Origin: Azolla caroliniana
Taxonomy: Eukaryota; Plantae; Polypodiophyta
Length of the DNA: 15,178 bases
Direction of reading: 5' to 3'
NCBI GenBank assembly: GCA_043228905.1
Contig: JBHGNT010000812.1
Location: forward strand, 1-15,178
Below the pieces are notes generated by a model. The model saw nothing but the letters and a program-made list of their open reading frames with translations, did no database searches and had not been told where the DNA came from. Shown here in pieces: positions 8,561-15,178 of this stretch (position 1 is the first letter of the stretch; each line of letters starts with the position of its first letter). The translations under genes were made by a program, and so were the position numbers.

Positions 8561-11500
8561 ACTTCGGCATGGGATGTCTTTCCAGTCCGACCCTCTTCCG
8601 GCACGCTTCCAGCTTGTCGGGTGTGAGCACTTTGGTCAGCATATCTAACCCGTTCTCGTCCGTGTGGATCTTCGTCAGCACGAACTCCTGGTCTTCTATC
8701 CTTTCCCGGATCCAGTGATATCTTCGCTGGATGTGCTTCGTCCGGGAGTGATAGGCCGCATTCTTCGCAAGGTGGATGGCACTCTGACTGTCGCAGTAGA
8801 GTCGGTACTCCTCCTGCCGGATACCGAGCTCTCCAATGAAGTCCTTCATCCATATTATTTCCTTGCCGGCTTCAACAGCCGCCATGTACTCCGCCTCCGT
8901 GGTTGACAACGCAACCGTCTTCTGCAGCCTCGACTGCCACGAAATAGCTCCCCCTGCATACGTCATCACATACCCTGATGTGGACCGGCTGGTATCTGCA
9001 TCAGCCGACATATTCGAATCGGTAAAGCTGTCAAGTTCGGGCTTACCGGAGCCGAATCGGAGGCACACGTTTGTCGTGCCCTTCAGGTATCGGAGTATCC
9101 ACTTGGCCGCGTTCCAGTGCTCTTTGCCGGGATTGCTCATGTACCGGCTCACCACTCCGACTGCATATCCTATGTCCGGTCTTGTACACACCATTGCGTA
9201 CATCAAGCTTCCGACGGCAGAGGCATATGGTACTTTCATCATGTCCTCCTTCTCAGCCTTTGTCTTGGGGCTTTGCTTGCTGGACAACTTGCAGTTTGCC
9301 GGGAGGGTTGACCCGACCGGTCTTGCTTCCGACATGTTGAACCGGTGAAGCACCTTTGTCACGTACTTCTCCTGTGACAGCCACAACTGCTTCTTCTTCC
9401 GGTCCCGGATGATGTGCATCCCTAGTATTTGCCTCGCCGGACCCAGGTCCTTCATTGAGAAGGTTCGGTGAAGCGCTTTCTTCAGCATCCGTATCTTGAC
9501 CTGGTCCCGTCCGACAATCAACATGTCGTCCACGTACAGGAGGAGTATTAGAAAGTCTCCTCCTTCGAACTTCTTCACAAACACGCAGTGATCGGACTGC
9601 GTTTTGTGGTACCCTTCGTCGGTCATGAAAGAGTCGAACTTCCGGTACCATTGCCGGGGAGCCTGCTTCAGTCCGTAAAGGCTCTTCTTCAACCGGCATA
9701 CCAGGTGTTCCTTCCCTTTCTTCTCGAATCCTTCCGGTTGCTGCATGTAGATCTCTTCTTCGAGGTCACCGTGAAGGAATGTCGTCTTCACGTCCATCTG
9801 TTCTACCTCGAGGTCCATGCTTGCCGCTATGCTCAGCACCGTCCGGATGGAGGTCATCTTCACTACCGGGGCAAATATCTCGTCGAAGTCGACGCCCTTC
9901 TTCTGCTGGAACCCCTTCACCACGATCCTGGCTTTGTATCTTGGGGGGTTTCCGGCATCTCCCGGTTTCAGCTTGAACACCCACTTGTTTCGAAGTGCCC
10001 GCTTTCCTTTCGGCAACTCCACAAGTTCATATGTGTGGTTCTCATGCAGGGAATCCATCTCCTCCTGCATGGCACTTAACCACCTGCGGCTATGGGTGTC
10101 AAGCTTTGCTTCTTCAAAACTCTCCGGCTCCCCCTCGTCGGTTAGCAGCACGTGCTCTGGTTCCGGAAATCTCCGGGGGGCCCTTCTCTCTCTTAGAGGA
10201 TATCTCCGTTCCGGAGCTTCGGTAACCGGCTCCTCCGTTTCCTCTTCATCCGAATCCATTTCGGGATCGGGGCCGGTTCCGGTATCAGTTTCATCTTCCT
10301 CGGCCGGTTCTGTTTCTTCATCGTCTTCGGCCGGATCCTCGAGTGCTAACCGGTCCCTTGCCGGTCGGGACTGCTCCTCGTAGAGTTGATCCTCACCGGT
10401 CGACTTGGAGCTCTTCATCTTCTTCTCCGACTCCCAGTCGGCGAGTGTCTTGTCCTCCATGAAGATGATATCACGACTCCGGAATATCTTTTTGTCAACC
10501 GGGTCCCATACTCGGTAGCCGAACTCGTCATCGCCGTAACCGAGGAATATGCATGGCCAGGTCTTTGGATCTAGCTTTCCTCTCCGGTCCTTTGCCACAT
10601 GCACATATGCGAGACACCCGAACACCTTCATATGCCGGTAGGATACTTCCCTACCGGTCCACACTCTCTGCGGCGTGTCTCCGTCCAAAGGTACTGAGGG
10701 TGATCTGTTTATCACGTATGTCGCCGTCGACATTGCCTCAGCCCAAAACCCCTTGGGTAATTTCGCATGCGCCAGCATACTCCGGACCCTCTCCATTATG
10801 GTCCGGTTCATCCTCTCGGCCAGCCCGTTCAGTTTCGGCGTCTTCGGCACAGTAAACTCGAGCCGGATTCCCTTCGAGCGACAGTACTCCTCGAACTGCC
10901 CCCGGTATTCCCCTCCGTTATCCGCTCGTATCGCTTTCAGCTTCTTACTGGATTCCCTTTCCACTCTCGCGTGGAGTTCTTTGAAGACGCACAACACTTG
11001 GTCCTTTGTCTTCAACGGTGCCGTCCACAGCTTCCGGCTGTGGTCATCAATGAATGTCACGAAGTACTGGGCTCCGCCATGTGACTTCGTTTCTACTTGA
11101 CACACGTCAGTGTGCACCAACTCCAATGGTGCGCTACGTCTCGTCGGTGGCCTTGAGTGGAAGGAGGTTCGGTTCTGCTTACCGGCCAGGCAATCGGTGC
11201 ACTTCTCCAGGTGCACATGCTTCACTGGAATAAGGTTGTCTTCTGCAAGCCTCTTCATCCCCTTCTCACTCATGTGGCATAGTCTCTTGTGCCACAGCTC
11301 ACCGGCAGTGTCGGCTGCCACGTTCAACTCCTCCAGACACAACCAGGCATTCATAAGGTACAGTGTGTTGACTTTCCGGGCCCGAGCCACTATCAGGCTC
11401 CCCTTGCTGAACTTCATTACGCAGTTCCGGATGCTACCTGTGTAGCCTTCATCGTCTAGCCTCCCGGCCGAAATCAGGTTCAATCGAACCTCCGGAACGT

Positions 11501-11786
11501 GTCGGACATCCTTCAGCAACATTTTGCATCCGGTCGAGGTTGTCAACCACACGTCTCCTATGCCAGCAATCCGGCACGTACCTTCATTTCCCATCCGAAC
11601 ACAGCCATGCTCACCGGCTGTGTAGGATGAAAAGTATCTTCTTTCCGGGGTCAGGTGGAACGACGCTCCGGAATCGACCACCCAGGTAGTCTCATCGCCG
11701 GCAATGTTTAGTTCACCTTCTTCGGTGATGAGCATGATCTCCTCTTCACTTGCCGCGAGTGCCGTCGTTCCTTTCCGGTCCTGCCC
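8559..11786 (-). CDS. pol: Copia Pol (protease, integrase, reverse transcriptase, RNase H), same frame as gag
   Basis: PR: WVVDSGASFH. IN: HHCC (WHKRLCH...CTDC) and D-D-E (VHTDV, RADNGGEY, NGLAER). RT: QMDVK, LKKSLYGLKQAPRQW, LYVDDML. RH: ALSTTEAEY, YCDSQSAI, RTKHI. Stop is TGA at 8561-8559. Confidence 0.96.
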   Translation of the reverse strand, partial: GQDRKGTTALAASEEEIMLITEEGELNIAGDETTWVVDSGASFHLTPERRYFSSYTAGEHGCVRMGNEGTCRIAGIGDVWLTTSTGCKMLLKDVRHVPEVRLNLISAGRLDDEGYTGSIRNCVMKFSKGSLIVARARKVNTLYLMNAWLCLEELNVAADTAGELWHKRLCHMSEKGMKRLAEDNLIPVKHVHLEKCTDCLAGKQNRTSFHSRPPTRRSAPLELVHTDVCQVETKSHGGAQYFVTFIDDHSRKLWTAPLKTKDQVLCVFKELHARVERESSKKLKAIRADNGGEYRGQFEEYCRSKGIRLEFTVPKTPKLNGLAERMNRTIMERVRSMLAHAKLPKGFWAEAMSTATYVINRSPSVPLDGDTPQRVWTGREVSYRHMKVFGCLAYVHVAKDRRGKLDPKTWPCIFLGYGDDEFGYRVWDPVDKKIFRSRDIIFMEDKTLADWESEKKMKSSKSTGEDQLYEEQSRPARDRLALEDPAEDDEETEPAEEDETDTGTGPDPEMDSDEEETEEPVTEAPERRYPLRERRAPRRFPEPEHVLLTDEGEPESFEEAKLDTHSRRWLSAMQEEMDSLHENHTYELVELPKGKRALRNKWVFKLKPGDAGNPPRYKARIVVKGFQQKKGVDFDEIFAPVVKMTSIRTVLSIAASMDLEVEQMDVKTTFLHGDLEEEIYMQQPEGFEKKGKEHLVCRLKKSLYGLKQAPRQWYRKFDSFMTDEGYHKTQSDHCVFVKKFEGGDFLILLLYVDDMLIVGRDQVKIRMLKKALHRTFSMKDLGPARQILGMHIIRDRKKKQLWLSQEKYVTKVLHRFNMSEARPVGSTLPANCKLSSKQSPKTKAEKEDMMKVPYASAVGSLMYAMVCTRPDIGYAVGVVSRYMSNPGKEHWNAAKWILRYLKGTTNVCLRFGSGKPELDSFTDSNMSADADTSRSTSGYVMTYAGGAISWQSRLQKTVALSTTEAEYMAAVEAGKEIIWMKDFIGELGIRQEEYRLYCDSQSAIHLAKNAAYHSRTKHIQRRYHWIRERIEDQEFVLTKIHTDENGLDMLTKVLTPDKLEACRKRVGLERHPMPK

Positions 11787-12632
11787 TCACCGATCCGAAC
11801 CATTCCGGTCCGTGGCTCCCCGGTAAGCACCGTTCCGTTCCGAAGACTTCTTCGAATCGGTGTCGTCGGCTCCGTTGTCTTTTCGGTAATGCCGACAATT
11901 CTTTCGGAAGTGCCCCGGCTTCCCACAGTGGAAGCATGTGGGCCTTCCTCTTGACTGCGACCGGGTCCCCGACTTCTCCCGTCTTTGCGGACTCCGGTTC
12001 CGTTGTCTTCCCCGATCCAATTCGGTAAGCAGCATCTTCGGATCGGAGGCCGGTTCTTTATCTCTCCGACGCGTTTCTTCGTTCAAAATGCTTGTCTTTA
12101 CCGTTTGTAGGGACAAGTTATCTTCGGTACAGGAGGTGCTGAGAGTCACCACCAAGTTCTCCCAGCTTTCCGGCAATGTACACATCAGCATGATGGCTTG
12201 CATTGCATCCTCCAACGGGAACTTGATCGCCGCAAGCTGGTTCACGAATCCCATGAACGTGCTTACGTGTTCCACCATACTCTCGCCGTCCTGGTACTTG
12301 AGGTTCACTATCTTCCTCATCAGGGAGGTCCGGTTCAACGCATTCTTCCTCTCGTAGAGGCCCGACAGCTTCTGCCACATCTCATATGCGTTGGTGTCGT
12401 TCGCCACATGTTGTAGAACGCTCACGTCGACGTATTGCCGAATGGTTGCAACGGCTTTCCGGTTCAGAAGCCTCCATTCCGTCTCAAGTACCCCCTTGGG
12501 TATTTCCGACCTGTCGATCGGTTCATACAGGTCCCGAACAATGAGCAGATCCTCCATCTTTATCTTCCAGTCGGCGTAGTTCTGCGCATTCAGCACCATC
12601 ATCCCCGACTGCCCGCTGTTGCCGCCTTCCAT
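11787..12632 (-). CDS. gag: Copia Gag, 281 aa from ATG 12632 to the in-frame TGA
   Basis: Contains NYADWKIKMEDLL, MWQKLSGLYE and the zinc knuckle CFHCGKPGHFRKNC (CX2CX4HX4C, 11895-11936). Confidence 0.93.
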   Translation of the reverse strand: MEGGNSGQSGMMVLNAQNYADWKIKMEDLLIVRDLYEPIDRSEIPKGVLETEWRLLNRKAVATIRQYVDVSVLQHVANDTNAYEMWQKLSGLYERKNALNRTSLMRKIVNLKYQDGESMVEHVSTFMGFVNQLAAIKFPLEDAMQAIMLMCTLPESWENLVVTLSTSCTEDNLSLQTVKTSILNEETRRRDKEPASDPKMLLTELDRGRQRNRSPQRREKSGTRSQSRGRPTCFHCGKPGHFRKNCRHYRKDNGADDTDSKKSSERNGAYRGATDRNGSDR

Positions 12633-12648
12633 TTTCTGCACTGCAGTC

Positions 12649-12660
12649 GCTCTGATACCA
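12649..12660 (-). promoter_or_regulatory. Primer-binding site complementary to the 3' end of initiator tRNA-Met
   Basis: Minus-strand TGGTATCAGAGC lies 3 nt after the terminal CA of the 5' LTR. This is the canonical plant copia PBS. Confidence 0.96.
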
Positions 12661-13036
12661 GATTGTTAGAAATTGACGCTTTCAAAACCTTCACCTCTCG
12701 GCCACAACCGAGGAAACACGAGTCAATGCAGCAGTAAATCGAAAACACAGAGAGAGACTCGAATGCACAGGGTTTAGCGTGGAAAACCCTAGACGGGAAA
12801 AACCACGGGAGTGCAAGACTCCAACTATCACTATACGCAGGGAATGTACAATGGCGAGCTGCAAGGCGACAACCTTGAGCTCGCTGTCCTCGCCACAGGC
12901 GGCGGTATTACACAGAGGCGTCGACCTCTTCCTTTCTCTCTCTCTCACTCTCTCTCTCGGCTGCTCTCACTTCGCTCCCTCTAAGTGGAAAACAGAAAAA
13001 TGAGCAACAACAACAAAACTGTTTGCCCTAAGTCAT

Positions 13037-13043
13037 ATTTATA
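13037..13043 (-). promoter_or_regulatory. Candidate TATA box of the 5' LTR
   Basis: Minus-strand TATAAAT lies downstream of the U3 repeats, with a counterpart at 8288-8294. The transcription start is not known. Confidence 0.55.
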
Positions 13044-13133
13044 CACATATGACTTTCAGGCTATTTACAAATATAGCCTAGAGGGCCCTTGGCAAACATA
13101 TTCACAAATATGTCCCCGCATCCGGATCTCTCT

Positions 13134-13247
13134 CCGGGTACATTCGTCATCCGGCTCCGTAGCCGGGGTCTTCATCATCCGGATCCGAAACCGGGTCTTC
13201 ATCATCCGGTTCCGATACCGGGTACTCCTCATTCGGGTCTTCATTCC
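13134..13247 (-). repeat. Degenerate 27-29-bp tandem repeats in LTR U3 (counterpart 8385-8498)
   Basis: Units ccggg(g)t(ctt/aca)..catcatccgg... start at 8385, 8414, 8442 and 8469 in the 3' LTR. Confidence 0.85.
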
Positions 13248-13297
13248 CGATTCCCGGACATCTGACCATCCCATCCGGAGGGACCGTAATCCCAACA

Positions 13298-13302
13298 AAT
13301 AT
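13298..13302. repeat. Target-site duplication AATAT (right copy)
   Basis: An identical 5-mer immediately flanks both outer LTR ends. Confidence 0.95.
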
Positions 13303-13433
13303 GACCTATGAGACCAAAAATATTACATTTCACATGATATGTGTGAAAGTGAGTAGCAAGTTTTGATGTTCAAGAGCTTTACGAATGAATGTTGCAATCG
13401 AGAGTGCACATTGTGGTTGTGAGAGAAATTCGT

Positions 13434-13438
<5 letters not shown>

Positions 13439-13480
<42 letters not shown>
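13439..13480. repeat. (GA)21 microsatellite
   Basis: Read directly from the sequence. Confidence 0.95.
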
Positions 13481-13483
<3 letters not shown>

Positions 13484-13955
13484 ACGTCATCTAAGACCAA
13501 ATTTGGCCCATGAGACAATTGGTTTACAATAAAAATGGGGTATTTACCCATTCATCGAAAGTAAAAATAAAAATAAAATAGAACGTAAGCTAAAGAGTTC
13601 TAGCAAAAAAAACATGTTCTACAAGGAAATGACTTTATACTAGGCCTAGTTTCATTTCCATCCATGTCTCTCGAAAAGAAGCGAGAGGTCAAAGGGTTTC
13701 GATGTGGAGGTGGCCCGTGGTCCCAATGTAAAAGATATTGCTTCCATAGTTGCTAAGCAGCACAACTCACGTTCCCTTATCTTCTTAATAATTGTTTCTA
13801 CTCCATGTCGAATTGCTTTGAAGCCCGACATCCGAGGGTGTTTGGTTGTTCTTTGCATTTTCGCTTCCTCAAGAGAGAGGCCGAGTGGTGTAGGTGTGTC
13901 CACATTCATTGACTCCCCTTGTTCCTGAAAAATTGTATTAGTTACATGTTGGTGA

Positions 13956-14323
13956 TTTTATTTTTTTTATTTTTTTTCTAAAACAAAATATCAAGTACAA
14001 ACTACAAAAGAGATGAAAAAGAAGAGGAAAAAGGACTATCCCAATGACTAGCCATGGAGGTATGACTACCAGGTTTTAATATCCTTCTATTCTCCCTATG
14101 TTGTAGTTTTTCCTCCCTATGTTGTTTTAGCTCTAAGATATACCTACCTAGTCTCTTTATATCTGGGGTATCCAATAATTTGGAGAGAGTGGGAGAGGGT
14201 CCTAGTATGACTTGGTATTCTGCCCTTATCTCAGCATAAGTTGAACTCATCCTCTATCTCTATGTGACATAACCTACATAACATTTCCTCTCTAGGGACT
14301 CCATTAGTACGACCATTCTCAAT
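13956..14323 (-). mobile_element. 5'-truncated LINE 3' end with an A-rich tail
   Basis: The minus strand reads IENGRTNGVPREEMLCRLCHIEIEDEF, then after a frameshift TYAEIRAEYQVILGPSPTLSKLL...LGRYILELKQHRE. This is an ORF2 C-terminal finger missing its His-Cys segment. The stop is at 14002 and an A-rich tail follows (T-runs at 13956-13977 on +). Confidence 0.75.
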
Positions 14324-14342
14324 CGGGAAGAAGAGGGATAGG

Positions 14343-15178
14343 ATGAGAATAAGATGGAGGAAGAGAGATAAGCTGAGAATCACTTGGGTTGCATGGAATC
14401 ATCTAGCAACCCCTAAGCGCTTGGGGGGAGCTGGAATATTGAATTTATTTTTGCATATGATGGCTTGTAGATTTTCATTATTACAAGACATATGTTCAAA
14501 CTCTCAACCATGGATATCTATTGTTCAATATTTCATTGAGAACAAGGGTTTTAACACATGGGAGGACAACGATTAAGGCTTCATGGTGGCAATTACTGAA
14601 TGGATGTATTTCACTTAGGATTCTAGGCTCTTCATGTGTTCAACACTTCGTTACTTCATGGTAGGAAGCGCTCTTTGTTATGTGTATGGAAACCAACATC
14701 TAGTAGAGGGCATTGTAATTCTTTGCAAAAAGAGTTACTTGTGTCTTCTCGGTTATTATGTTGGCTAGGAAATGAGAGATTGCGCTCTCAATTTAATCGT
14801 TTGGGGGTCAAAGAGGTGGGTCCGAGATATAGTTGAGGCTCCATCTAAAAGAATTTTGGAGTTTGTTGAAGCGTGACAATTATTACGCATCTCGCCTAAT
14901 TATGGGTTTATTTGGCAACACCTACAAAATATTGCATTGATGCAAGGTCCCTTACCTCTACAAATAGGAGAACAACTGTGGATTGATTAGTGTTTACGGG
15001 GTCAAACACCATTGTTACAAGTGACTATTAATTTTTTGTATCATTGCTATGTTGAGTCTCTTGGATGGTTATCATCTAAGGCTAAAGAAGAATGGAAAAT
15101 GCAGAAATTTGATCATGGGTGGTGGCAGATCTTACAACTTAGTTGGCATTCTAAATTGCCACCCTTAGCAAAGGTCTT
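14343..15178 (+). mobile_element. Degenerate L1-clade LINE ORF2 fragment (post-RT region), running off the window
   Basis: WRKRDKLRITWVAWNHLATPKRLGGAGILNL matches the plant L1 motif W...WVAW..L..PK..GGLG..NL. Stops and frameshifts follow, and the window ends in W..WHSKLPP.AKV, which resembles the start of zf-RVT. Confidence 0.8.

Larger units (their letters stand above)
7915..13297 (-). mobile_element. Full-length Ty1/copia LTR retrotransposon (Tnt1/Tork-like), 5383 bp
   Basis: Two 634-bp direct repeats bounded by TGTT...AACA, a 5-bp TSD AATAT (7910-7914 and 13298-13302), a PBS and a PPT. The domain order is gag-PR-IN-RT-RH, and IN before RT indicates copia. The lineage call is recalled from motif similarity. 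Confidence 0.98.
12664..13297 (-). repeat. 5' LTR (634 bp)
   Basis: Runs tgttag...cccaaca and is adjacent to the PBS. I found 4 substitutions relative to the other LTR. Confidence 0.97.

Noticed and set aside
7942-8718. ORFs within the LTRs, duplicated at 12691-13311
   Set aside because: They are duplicated only because the LTRs are, and their low-complexity translations derive from the CT tract and U3 repeats.
8664-12737. Many plus-strand and alternative-frame ORFs (60-190 aa) overlapping gag-pol
   Set aside because: These are shadow ORFs expected from GC-rich coding sequence, and they have no recognisable domains.
13652-13928. Overlapping 85-aa and 74-aa ORFs, with a possible minus-strand acceptor near 13925
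   Set aside because: I see no recognisable motif. It may be an exon or TE remnant, but this cannot be supported from sequence alone.

Overview
Eukaryotic, land-plant-like genomic DNA. (1) 1-5040 (+): the 3' six exons of a PH + SMP-domain membrane-contact-site gene (TEX2/Nvj2 family). One of its introns is GC-AG, and the 5' part of the gene lies outside the window. (2) About 5600-7900: an AT-rich stretch with short direct repeats, a stop-riddled ORF of unknown identity and a LINE 3'-end remnant. (3) 7915-13297 (-): a young, structurally complete 5383-bp Ty1/copia (Tnt1-like) LTR retrotransposon. It has 634-bp LTRs differing at 4 positions, an AATAT target-site duplication, a tRNA-iMet PBS and a PPT. 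Its gag-pol frame is broken only by one in-frame TGA between the zinc knuckle and the protease. (4) 13300-15178: a (GA)n tract and two oppositely oriented LINE remnants. All calls come from reading the sequence by eye, and no database searches were run.
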